Source: Bacteroidota bacterium (lineage in GTDB: Bacteria > Bacteroidota > Bacteroidia > Bacteroidales > JAADGE01). From it: a DNA stretch of 64,000 nucleotides. Location of the stretch: NCBI GenBank assembly GCA_024277895.1, contig JAJRUH010000046.1, forward strand, positions 557 through 64,556, given 5' to 3'. Shown here piece by piece: positions 52,299 through 61,368 of the stretch. The first letter of the stretch is position 1. Every line of letters begins with the position of its first letter. The notes beneath the pieces were generated by a model, which searched no databases, had not been told where the DNA came from, and was given only the letters and a program-made list of their open reading frames with translations. The position numbers and the translations under genes were made by a program.

Positions 52299-54809
52299 TT
52301 ATTTTTCGGGCATTAATATCAATTTACCGGAAAATTCATTAGTATCAGATTTAATACGAACAACAAATAATCCTGTATTATTTTTTCTTAAATCAATTTT
52401 TATCAATTGCTTGTCATAAGTTGAAGTTTTAATGGTTTTAATTTCACCTGAATTAAAATATTTTTGATATACAATTTTTCCTGACAAATCCGAAACAATA
52501 ACATCGGCAAAAGTGAGTTTATATGTATTCAAAAATTCAATATAAAAGTAATTACTTCCCGGATTCGGATATATTGAAATTTTATTTTCAGGGATTTCAG
52601 GTGCTGCAATTTCGGTTCCGGAAATCATAAAATCGTCAATATTCCAGCCGCAATATTGATCGGCATGGTCAGTCGGACCCATAGAAAAGCGAATTAATAT
52701 TTTTTTTCTGTCGGCATACGGTGCAATATTAAAACTTTGTTTTGTCCAACTTGTATCTGATATTACAGCATCGTAGTTGTGCCAAATTGTTTGCCAATCA
52801 TCGGTATCTGCTTTAATATCAACAGAAACTTTATCAAATTTATATTTATCAACTCCGAGTTGTCTCTGAAAAGACAGAAAAATATTTTCATAATTCCGAC
52901 AGTCAATCATCGGTGAAACGGCAAATTCTTTATCATAACCGATATTATTTTCATAATCGCCGGGGTGCTGTCCCAGTCCGCTTAAATCTGTTCCCAATAT
53001 TTGTGTTCCCGAAAAAGCACTTACGGGATCAGGATTTCCTTTTTCTCCGCCGAGCCCCTGCGGTCTTCCGATTTGAAATTCACCGGTAAGTTCCCAAGTA
53101 TTTCCGTTTTCAAAATTATCTTCAAATACAGTTTCGTACAAATAAAAAGTTCTTTGCAAAGTATCGTTATAAAGATATTCATCCTGAACTCCGTTCGGCA
53201 GTTCCGTCCATACTTTTAGTGTATGTTTGGCAAAAGATAAAGTAATTTCATCAAAATAAATATCCGCCATTTCACCGGTTCCGAGATTTCCCGTCCATTG
53301 TTTGGTTTTTACACCTGAATTATCAATACGGTATGAAACAACAACTGATGTTAAGGTTTGATTTCCTCTGTTTCTTATTTTAAAAAAAGGGATAAATGAA
53401 TTTTGTCCGAAAGAATACATTTCAGGAGTAATAATCTGAAGAGTTTGTGCATCATTATCTGCCAAAGGAATATTCGGATCGTATCCTTCAAAACTTGTAA
53501 TATTTAAATTTAAAGGATCCAGCCAATCTTTTAATCGCGTTTCTGAACTTGTTCCTTTATTCCACGACCACGAAAATTTGCCGAACCAATCCGGTTCGTC
53601 AAGAGCGGAACAAGAAGCATAGCCCCCGTGTAACTGACCGATAATTCTTCCGTTTTGATTAAAAAGCGGAGAACCGGAAGACCCGCCTTCCGTCGTGGTA
53701 TTTCTGTTCCAAACAACTTTCCAATGTGATTCGGCATCACTTGAATTTCCGAGATAATAATCGGAGACAGGAGCATCATCGTCATAAGATATTTTTTTAA
53801 TATCAGCACTCGGATGATGAATGCAAACCGAAGTTGCAGAAGGTGCATCTTCGTTATTCCAACCCGCATAATACACATTATACGTATATGGCGGAATATC
53901 ATTCAACTCAAATAAACAAAAATCAGATTCATAATCCCTTGCACGTAAAACTGCTCCGGATAAATCATCATGAGGAGGTGAAATTGAAGGATTTGCACAG
54001 GTCGAACTTTGCCAATTAAACCAAAAAACCATATCCGAAGGATCCTCGTAACAATGATTTGCTGTTAAAATATAAGGTTTCCCGTCTTCTTTCGTATTAT
54101 TAATTAATGAAGCAGAGCAAAAACCCGAACCGCCGGTAACCAACATACATACCGAGCGAATTTCATCGGCATACGTTCCGTCATCGCAAGCAACATTCAT
54201 ATTGCAATCCCCCGAATTACCAAAACTTTTACTCATATCTAAAATTCCTCTGAAACCATGTGTAACTCTGTTGATTACAAGTTTGCCTGAAAACGCAGCA
54301 TCATTCGGTTCGTAATATTCAAAAATAATTTTATCGCCCTTTAGCAAAGTTGTAGCAAAAATACCGTTTTGTTGATTATTAGCGGAAGTAAATCCCCCCA
54401 AAACAGCCGTTTTTTCCTGATTATAAAGATACAAAACAGCCCCGTCCGGCACAGTGTATTTTTTAAATCTAAAATTTAATGTAAGAGCATTTTCCGAAAC
54501 AATCATCAATCGATATAATGTCCCTTTCGATAATTTCTCTGCAAGTGCTGTTTTTTTTAAATCAATATCAACTGAAATATTTTTTCCGAATTGCCAAGGT
54601 TTATCTTTTGTTTCGCCGGCTTCTGCATCATTTTTCAATTTTTCATTATTTAACTTAGGAAGTATAAAAATTTCAGGTATTTTGTTTTGTGATTTCAGCT
54701 TATACTCAGGATTAAAACTTTTCGGTTTTCCGCCGATATTAAGTTGTGCAGATAAAAATTGAAAATCTGCCAAAATCAAAATTACAACAATTATCTTTTT
54801 AAATCTCAT
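52299..54809 (-). CDS. Secreted trypsin-fold serine endopeptidase with jelly-roll/MAM-like domain and T9SS C-terminal sorting domain
   Basis: Start trimmed to ATG 54809 (MRFKKIIVVILILADFQFLSAQ). Catalytic blocks LTANHC and GGSSGSPLF...GQLHGG. C-terminal ISIYPNPGSNYFYIEF...GKLILMPEK. Confidence 0.75.
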   Translation of the reverse strand: MRFKKIIVVILILADFQFLSAQLNIGGKPKSFNPEYKLKSQNKIPEIFILPKLNNEKLKNDAEAGETKDKPWQFGKNISVDIDLKKTALAEKLSKGTLYRLMIVSENALTLNFRFKKYTVPDGAVLYLYNQEKTAVLGGFTSANNQQNGIFATTLLKGDKIIFEYYEPNDAAFSGKLVINRVTHGFRGILDMSKSFGNSGDCNMNVACDDGTYADEIRSVCMLVTGGSGFCSASLINNTKEDGKPYILTANHCYEDPSDMVFWFNWQSSTCANPSISPPHDDLSGAVLRARDYESDFCLFELNDIPPYTYNVYYAGWNNEDAPSATSVCIHHPSADIKKISYDDDAPVSDYYLGNSSDAESHWKVVWNRNTTTEGGSSGSPLFNQNGRIIGQLHGGYASCSALDEPDWFGKFSWSWNKGTSSETRLKDWLDPLNLNITSFEGYDPNIPLADNDAQTLQIITPEMYSFGQNSFIPFFKIRNRGNQTLTSVVVSYRIDNSGVKTKQWTGNLGTGEMADIYFDEITLSFAKHTLKVWTELPNGVQDEYLYNDTLQRTFYLYETVFEDNFENGNTWELTGEFQIGRPQGLGGEKGNPDPVSAFSGTQILGTDLSGLGQHPGDYENNIGYDKEFAVSPMIDCRNYENIFLSFQRQLGVDKYKFDKVSVDIKADTDDWQTIWHNYDAVISDTSWTKQSFNIAPYADRKKILIRFSMGPTDHADQYCGWNIDDFMISGTEIAAPEIPENKISIYPNPGSNYFYIEFLNTYKLTFADVIVSDLSGKIVYQKYFNSGEIKTIKTSTYDKQLIKIDLRKNNTGLFVVRIKSDTNEFSGKLILMPEK

Positions 54810-54892
54810 AATATAAAACTCATTTTGCTTTGCAAAGATTGTCATAATTTATAATTTTACATGATTTTTTTTATAAAATAAATGTAAATATC

Positions 54893-55657
54893 TTGAAAAT
54901 AACATTTCTCGGAACCGGAACTTCACAAGGTGTACCTATGATCGGCTGTGATTGTGATGTATGTCGCTCCAAAAATCCGAAAGAAAAACGTTTAAGAAGT
55001 TCTGTTCTTATTCAGGTAAACGGAAAAAATATTGTTATTGATGCGGGACCTGATTTTCGTCAACAAATGTTGCGGGAGAATGTTCATCGTTTGGATGCTG
55101 TGATATTGACACACGAACATAAAGATCATGTCGGCGGATTGGATGATGTCAGGGCATTTAATTACATCCAAAAAAAACCGATGGATATTTATGCCGAAGA
55201 AAGAGTTTGCAATATCCTGCAAACAAGAGATTTTGCCTATGTTGAAGAACGTAAAAATTATCCCGGCATTCCGAAAATAAATTTTAATATTATTGAAAAT
55301 AAAACATTTTTTATCGACAATATTGAGATAATTCCCATAAGAGGGATGCATATGAAGTTGCCTGTTTTCGGGTATCGTATAAATAATTTTGCCTATATTA
55401 CTGATATGAATTATATAAGTAGTGAGGAAAAAGAAAAGTTAAAGAGCGTTGACGTGCTGATTATTAATGCTTTACGAAGAAAAAAACATGTCTCGCATTT
55501 TAATCTGGAAGAAGCAATAAAAATAATTGATGAAGTAAAGCCGAAACAAGCATTTTTAACACATATCAGTCATAAATTAAGTTTTGAACACGAAGACATT
55601 AAAACATTACCCGAAAATATAAATTTGGCTTATGACGGACTTTCAATAATTATATAA
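54893..55657 (+). CDS. MBL-fold metallo-hydrolase
   Basis: 254 aa with a TTG start that gives the family-typical N-terminus MKITFLGTGTSQGVP. HEHKDHVGG (HxHxDH). Confidence 0.75.
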   Translation: MKITFLGTGTSQGVPMIGCDCDVCRSKNPKEKRLRSSVLIQVNGKNIVIDAGPDFRQQMLRENVHRLDAVILTHEHKDHVGGLDDVRAFNYIQKKPMDIYAEERVCNILQTRDFAYVEERKNYPGIPKINFNIIENKTFFIDNIEIIPIRGMHMKLPVFGYRINNFAYITDMNYISSEEKEKLKSVDVLIINALRRKKHVSHFNLEEAIKIIDEVKPKQAFLTHISHKLSFEHEDIKTLPENINLAYDGLSIII

Positions 55658-55729
55658 TTGACAATTTAATATTGAATTAAAATAATAAACCCAACATTAC
55701 AATTAACAAATAAGTAATACTTTTATTGT

Positions 55730-55737
55730 TATATTTG
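55730..55737 (+). promoter_or_regulatory. Bacteroidota -7 box TATATTTG
   Basis: Exact match 37 nt upstream of ATG 55775. Confidence 0.4.
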
Positions 55738-55774
55738 CAAAACTCACATTCTCAATTTTATACATCTGCAAAAT

Positions 55775-57277
55775 ATGTTTACCGAAAAAGACCTGCAACA
55801 ATTTAAAGAAAAAAATATACCGAAAGAACAAGTTCTGAAGCAAATAAAAATTTTTGAAAAGGGTTTTAAGTTTATGAATATTATTGCTCCGGCAACCGTC
55901 GGAAACGGTATTTTAAAACCCGAAAAACAAGAAATAACCGATTTTATCAGCGAATATGAGAAAATTCAAAATTCCGAAAAAATCGTAAAATTTGTTCCTG
56001 CTTCGGGTGCGGCAAGTCGAATGTTTAAAGAATTATTTTCCGTATTAAACGGTGAAAAAAATATTAACGAAGACAAAAGTTTTAATTCGGCATATAATTT
56101 TATTCAAAATATTGAAAAATTTGCTTTTTATGATGATTTAAAAAATATTTGCGACAACAATACCGACTTTAAAACGGAATATAACAAAGTTTTTTCCTGT
56201 TTGTTAAGCGAAAACGGCTTAAATTACGGAAACTTACCGAAAGCTTTATTGAAATTTCATAAATATAAAACCGAGAACAGAACACCGGCTCAAGAGCATT
56301 TAACGGAAGGAGCAAAATATGCCTCGTCCGGAAACAAAGTTTTTATTCATTTTACTGTTTCTCCGGAACACAGAGATTTATTTGAAAAACATATAGAACA
56401 AACAAAAGAAAAATACGAAAAATTTTTGAACACAAAATTTGAAATAAACTATTCGGTTCAAAAAACTTCTACCGACACAATTGCCGTTGACCTCAACAAC
56501 AAAGCGTTCAGAAATCCTGACGGCTCAATACTTTTCAGACCGGGCGGACACGGTGCTTTAATCGAAAATTTAAACGATATTGATGCCGATATTATTTTCG
56601 TAAAAAACATTGACAACGTTGTTCCCGACAGACTGAAAAGCGACACCGTAACATACAAAAAAGTTATTGCGGGAATGTTGATAAAAACAAGGAAAAGAAT
56701 TTTTTCATACATCGAAAAACTTCAGAAATCTGCTGATATTGAAACAATTAACGAAGTTAAAAACTTTCTCAAAAACAAACTTTTTATAACACTTGACAAC
56801 AAATTTGAAACAAAAACCGACAACGAAAAAGCAAAATATCTTATAGAAAAACTCAATCGCCCTATAAGAGTTTGCGGAATGGTAAAAAACGAAGGAGAAC
56901 CGGGCGGAGGTCCGTTTTTCGTAAAAAAAGAGAGCGGTTCGATATCGCTGCAAATTGTTGAAAGTGCTCAAATTGATATGAATAATCCGAAAAAAGCGGA
57001 AATCGTTAAAAATGCAACACATTTTAACCCCGTGGACTTGGTTTTAAGCGTAAAAAATTACAAAGGCAAAAAATTTGACTTAAAAGATTACATTGACCCC
57101 GAAACAGTTTTTATTTCGCAAAAATCAAAAGACGGAAAAGACCTTAAAGCTCTTGAACTTCCCGGATTGTGGAACGGTGCAACGGCAAATTGGAATACAC
57201 TTTTTGCAGAAGTACCGATTTCTACTTTTAATCCGGTAAAAACGGTTAACGATTTATTGAGAGAAACACATCAGTAA
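55775..57277 (+). CDS. DUF4301-type protein (nucleotidyltransferase-like)
   Basis: 500 aa. N-terminus MFTEKDLQQFKEKNIPKEQV...FKFMNIIAPATVGNGI fits my memory of DUF4301. FRPGGHGAL and VPASGAASRMFK resemble sugar-nucleotide pyrophosphorylase motifs. Confidence 0.55.
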   Translation: MFTEKDLQQFKEKNIPKEQVLKQIKIFEKGFKFMNIIAPATVGNGILKPEKQEITDFISEYEKIQNSEKIVKFVPASGAASRMFKELFSVLNGEKNINEDKSFNSAYNFIQNIEKFAFYDDLKNICDNNTDFKTEYNKVFSCLLSENGLNYGNLPKALLKFHKYKTENRTPAQEHLTEGAKYASSGNKVFIHFTVSPEHRDLFEKHIEQTKEKYEKFLNTKFEINYSVQKTSTDTIAVDLNNKAFRNPDGSILFRPGGHGALIENLNDIDADIIFVKNIDNVVPDRLKSDTVTYKKVIAGMLIKTRKRIFSYIEKLQKSADIETINEVKNFLKNKLFITLDNKFETKTDNEKAKYLIEKLNRPIRVCGMVKNEGEPGGGPFFVKKESGSISLQIVESAQIDMNNPKKAEIVKNATHFNPVDLVLSVKNYKGKKFDLKDYIDPETVFISQKSKDGKDLKALELPGLWNGATANWNTLFAEVPISTFNPVKTVNDLLRETHQ

Positions 57278-57368
57278 TGAATTATAAATTGCAGATAGTC
57301 ATCGTATAAAAATTAATCAATAATCAAATACAAAATACTTATAAAAAAATAATCACATTAATTTTAAT

Positions 57369-58646
57369 ATGAACCATAAAAAAGCAATACTCCTCGGCAT
57401 AATTATTTTATTTTTTTCATATTCTTTTTCGCAAACCGAATTTGAATACAGAAATAAAATATACAAAAAAAACATTAAAACCGTGCTGTTTTACAGAGCC
57501 GGATGGGAATTTACGTATCCCGTTCTCGAACTTAATTCCGGCAAGCAACTAATTTTGGAATTTGATGATTTAAATCCGGAATTAACCGACTATTACTACA
57601 CGATTATACATTGCACTGCCGACTGGCAACCATCTGATTTAAACCCGCTTGAGTATATTTCAGGTTACGAAGAAGAGCAAATTGACAATTTTGAAAACTC
57701 TTTCGGAACTCTTATTCAATACACACATTATTCTTTAATTTTTCCGAACGAAAATATGAAACCGGTTATTTCCGGAAATTATTTACTTTTGGTTTATGAA
57801 GATTACGACAGAAACAAACCCGTTTTAACAAGGCGTTTTTATGTTGTAACACCCAAAGTAAAAGTTAAAGCCGTCGTAAAACGTTCTACTCAAGTAAGTG
57901 ATATGAATACTTCACAAGAAATAATCGTTGATGTTACGGATGAACAAAATTACATTACAAATCCGCAGGACGATTTTTCCGTAACAATAGCTCAAAATAA
58001 CAGCCAAGATATAATTCTGACAGGTTTAAAACCGAATTTTATTAAAGGAAATGTTTATGAATTTTATGACCCGCACGTTTTAAAATTTCTCGGAGGAAAC
58101 GAATTCAGATATATAAACACAAAAAGCACAAAATTCGTTACCGACCGTATTCAGTCAATTCATTTTAATCGTCCCTACTATATTTTTGAAGTTATCCCGG
58201 AAGAATGCAATCCCTCTCCTACATACAGCTATTTTCAGGATATTAACGGAGAGTTGCTTATTACTGCGGAACACGTCGGCAATCCGACACTTGAAGCCGA
58301 TTATGTTTTAGTCGATTTCTCTTTTTATTGCAATAAAGTTTTGCCTGAAGGAAATTTATATGTTTACGGAGCTGTTTCCGATTGGAATTGTAACGACAAC
58401 AACAAAATGACTTACGATTACGGAACAAAATCTTACAATTTAAGAATACTTTTAAAACAAGGTTTTTATAATTACCAATATGTTTTATGCAAAAAAGGCA
58501 GCAATATTCCGGATTTAACATATACCGAAGGTAATTATTATCAAACCGAAAATAATTATGTAATATTTTTATACAATCTTCCTCAAGGAGGGCAATACGA
58601 CGAGCTAATCGGCTATAAAGTTGTAAATTCTTTGAAAATTCACTAA
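57369..58646 (+). CDS. DUF5103-type protein (family of the T9SS plug protein)
   Basis: 425 aa with a signal peptide. IKTVLFYRAGWEFTYPVLELNSGKQLILEFDDL...YYYTIIHCTADW fits my recollection of the family. Confidence 0.5.
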   Translation: MNHKKAILLGIIILFFSYSFSQTEFEYRNKIYKKNIKTVLFYRAGWEFTYPVLELNSGKQLILEFDDLNPELTDYYYTIIHCTADWQPSDLNPLEYISGYEEEQIDNFENSFGTLIQYTHYSLIFPNENMKPVISGNYLLLVYEDYDRNKPVLTRRFYVVTPKVKVKAVVKRSTQVSDMNTSQEIIVDVTDEQNYITNPQDDFSVTIAQNNSQDIILTGLKPNFIKGNVYEFYDPHVLKFLGGNEFRYINTKSTKFVTDRIQSIHFNRPYYIFEVIPEECNPSPTYSYFQDINGELLITAEHVGNPTLEADYVLVDFSFYCNKVLPEGNLYVYGAVSDWNCNDNNKMTYDYGTKSYNLRILLKQGFYNYQYVLCKKGSNIPDLTYTEGNYYQTENNYVIFLYNLPQGGQYDELIGYKVVNSLKIH

Positions 58647-58647
58647 A

Positions 58648-59436
58648 ATGACTTCCCGAAAAGAAATTATTATTACGGCTCCCGATATATATTCAGAAAA
58701 ACTTAAAAATGAATTTGTAAAATCAGGATTTGAAGTTTTTAAATTTCCCGTTACTGAAATTTCGTTGTTTGACAATCCTTTATTTCATAATTTTTACAAA
58801 AATATCAAAACCTATGATTATATTATTTTACCAAGCAGAAATGCCGTTAAAAGTTTTTTTACTCACGCCGAAAAATATAAAGTCCCTGCTTATTTAATTC
58901 AAAAACTTAATTTTGCCGTTATAGGTAAAGATATTGATTTCCTCAGACATTTCGGCATTTTCAATGTTTTAAAAAGTCAAGAAGCAAGTACATTCGGTAT
59001 TTATAAGGCATTAAAAGAAATAAAGGTAAAAAAAGTCGTAGTATTTGCACCCAAAACCGAAAAAATTACGGAACCTGATATTATACCTGATTTCACGACT
59101 GCCTTGAAAACAATTACCGAGGTAGAAAGAATTGATGCTTATATTACTAAACCGAACAAATCGTTTAATAAAGAAATTTTACAAAAGATTAAGAAAAACA
59201 ATTATGATTTAATAGCTTTTACAAGCGGCGGTGAAATTGAAGCCCTTAAATATATTTTAAACGATTCTTTTTTGTTTTCTCGTTTAAAATTTGCTTGTTT
59301 CGGACCTTATACAAATTCAACAGCTTTGAAATTAAATATCAGAGCTAAAGTAACAGGTAAAAAGTTTTACTCTTTCAAAGATTTTGCCGAAACATTAAAT
59401 CATTATTTCAGTAATCCGAATTCGATTACTGATTAG
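58648..59436 (+). CDS. Uroporphyrinogen-III synthase (HemD)-like protein
   Basis: 262 aa. Two-lobed HEM4 pattern (YDYIILPSRNAVKSFF, FAVIGKDIDFLRHFG, YDLIAFTSGGEIEAL, FACFGPYTNSTALKLNI). Starts 1 nt after the previous stop. Confidence 0.5.
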   Translation: MTSRKEIIITAPDIYSEKLKNEFVKSGFEVFKFPVTEISLFDNPLFHNFYKNIKTYDYIILPSRNAVKSFFTHAEKYKVPAYLIQKLNFAVIGKDIDFLRHFGIFNVLKSQEASTFGIYKALKEIKVKKVVVFAPKTEKITEPDIIPDFTTALKTITEVERIDAYITKPNKSFNKEILQKIKKNNYDLIAFTSGGEIEALKYILNDSFLFSRLKFACFGPYTNSTALKLNIRAKVTGKKFYSFKDFAETLNHYFSNPNSITD

Positions 59437-59900
59437 CTTTCAATAATTATTTTTGCCGCTTGTGTCGCTTGTTTAATTCTGTCGGCTAAACCTACACCGT
59501 CACGCATACTTCCCGCCAAATAAAGATTTTTCCTGACTTTGCACAACTTTAGACATAAAGCATTAATATTCAGCGTGGTACAATTCCGGATAGGCACTAC
59601 AAAGCTTAAATAATTTCGTAAGGGATTGTTGTATATTTTGTATCATAAAATTGAAGTATATTATAGGCATCTTCCTGAATTTTTGAATGTAGTGCATATT
59701 GTGTTAAAACACGAGCTTCATTTTCATTCAATGCAGTTCCGAATTGTCTTATTATCTTCGTTTAACCTTTTTCTCGACATTGATGTTTTCAACCGACAGA
59801 ATGGCTGTCTTTGGGGAATTCTTATTTGCTTTTCTTCTTACAAACATATTACAATATATATATCCCTGATTACCACACTACATTGACTGTTTTAGGAATT
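59433..59900 (-). pseudogene. Frameshifted and truncated remnant resembling the C-terminus of a HemY-type protoporphyrinogen oxidase / FAD amine-oxidase-fold gene
   Basis: Minus-strand frame ending at TAA 59433-59435 reads ...KNLYLAGSMRDGVGLADRIKQATQAAKIIIES*. That is the L-x-L-A-G-x4-G-V-G-x2-D-x-I pattern of PPO C-termini as I recall them. Upstream, the reading frame breaks repeatedly (stop at 59643-59645 and others), and only about 650 bp of space is available. Confidence 0.4.
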
Positions 59901-60090
59901 TCTGCTTGTGTGCGAAGTCCGGAAAAATATTCCGAAAAAGTGTCCGAAAATTACAAATTATATCTGTAACCGGAATGGAGCACACGCAAAACAAATACAT
60001 CAAAAATTATTAAATACATTTAAAAAAATCCGAAATGGAATTTATCTGTCCAATTGCATAAATATTGACTAATTCCGTAATTTAGAACTT

Positions 60091-61347
60091 CTATGTTTTC
60101 CGTTTTTTCTTTTTGGCGGCAGGGAAAAGGATATTATTTAAAATAAGCCGATATCCGGGTGAATTCGGGTGCATATTCAAATCTGTTTTCGGATCTCCCA
60201 CAAAATGCTGATAATCTTCCGGGTCGTGTCCGCCGTAAAAAGTCCAAGTTCCTTTTCCGTATTCTCCGTGAATGTAGCGTGCTTCATGATGAGACTTTAA
60301 CTCGCCCATTATAAGCACATTAGACTTTATTAAATCTTCATTAAAAGCCGTTGTTTGCCCCATAAAACCTTTTATTATTTTAGTATGATTTTGACAAAGC
60401 ATAGTCGGAACCGGATCCCATTTTGCCGAAAAATCAAATAATGTAAAATAATCATTTTCTTTACTGACTTTTCGTGTTCTCGTAACATCAATATCCGAAA
60501 ACTCATATTCATAGGGGTTTGTAACTAATGTAAAATTTTTGAATGCTAAAGTTTTTGTATAATCTAATTTTTTTTGGCAATCGGGATCTTCCGGATCTCC
60601 GTCGAACATTGAAGCACAAATATCTGTATTTTCTGCTGCCAGTGCAATATCATAAGTATCTGTTGCCGAGCACATAGCAAACATAAAACCGCCTGAAAAA
60701 ATAAATTCTTTAATACGTTTTGCCACAAACAATTTTAACTTTGACACTTTTTTAAATCCCAAACTCAGAGCATCGGCTTCCGCTTGTTTTTTATTTTCTT
60801 TATACCAAGAAGCATAGCGATATGCCCCGTAGAACTTACCGTATTGCCCCGTAAAATCTTCGTGATGCAAATGCAGCCAATCGTATTTTGAAAGTTCTCC
60901 GTTTACAATTTCTTTATCATAAATTTGTGTGTAGGGAATTTCTGCATAAGTTAAAACTAAAGTAACGGCATCATCCCAAGGTTGATTTGTTTTAGGAGCA
61001 TATACAGCAATTTTCGGTGCTTTCTCTAATTTCATTTTATCCATATTCACTTCAGGGCTTGCAATTCTGTTGTAAATCAATGTCATCTCCGCATCACTCA
61101 CAACTTCAAAACTCACCCCTCTTACAGTGCATTCATCGGTAATATCTTTAGAATAATCCATACTGAAACTGCCGCCTCGATAATTCAGCAACCAATTAAT
61201 TTCCAATCCGTTTTGCAAAACCCAATACGCTATTCCGTATGCTTTTAAATGATTTTTTTGAGATTCATCCATCGGAATTAAAATACTTGAACCTAAAGCA
61301 ATACGAAAAATTATTAACAATAAAATAAACAGAGAAGTTTTTTTCAT
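60091..61347 (-). CDS. Conserved secreted protein of unknown function (GATase1-like features; relatives are often auto-annotated asparagine synthetase B)
   Basis: 418 aa with a signal peptide. ILIPMDESQKNHLKAYGIAYWVL...WLLNYRGGSF, YDWLHLHHEDFTGQ and GGFMFAMCSATD. Confidence 0.6.
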   Translation of the reverse strand: MKKTSLFILLLIIFRIALGSSILIPMDESQKNHLKAYGIAYWVLQNGLEINWLLNYRGGSFSMDYSKDITDECTVRGVSFEVVSDAEMTLIYNRIASPEVNMDKMKLEKAPKIAVYAPKTNQPWDDAVTLVLTYAEIPYTQIYDKEIVNGELSKYDWLHLHHEDFTGQYGKFYGAYRYASWYKENKKQAEADALSLGFKKVSKLKLFVAKRIKEFIFSGGFMFAMCSATDTYDIALAAENTDICASMFDGDPEDPDCQKKLDYTKTLAFKNFTLVTNPYEYEFSDIDVTRTRKVSKENDYFTLFDFSAKWDPVPTMLCQNHTKIIKGFMGQTTAFNEDLIKSNVLIMGELKSHHEARYIHGEYGKGTWTFYGGHDPEDYQHFVGDPKTDLNMHPNSPGYRLILNNILFPAAKKKKRKT

Positions 61348-61368
61348 ATCAAAAAATAATTTAAAATA

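Noticed and set aside
59626-59886. 86-aa plus-strand ORF
   Set aside because: It lies inside the region whose minus strand carries the frameshifted PPO-like remnant. The translation is not protein-like, so it is a chance ORF in decaying sequence.
59915-59960. Three loosely spaced TCCG(G)AAAA repeats and a GTGTGC/GCACAC pair
   Set aside because: They are too short and irregular (a 6-bp stem with a ~60-nt loop) to call a repeat element or structure. They are likely residual coding sequence of the pseudogene.
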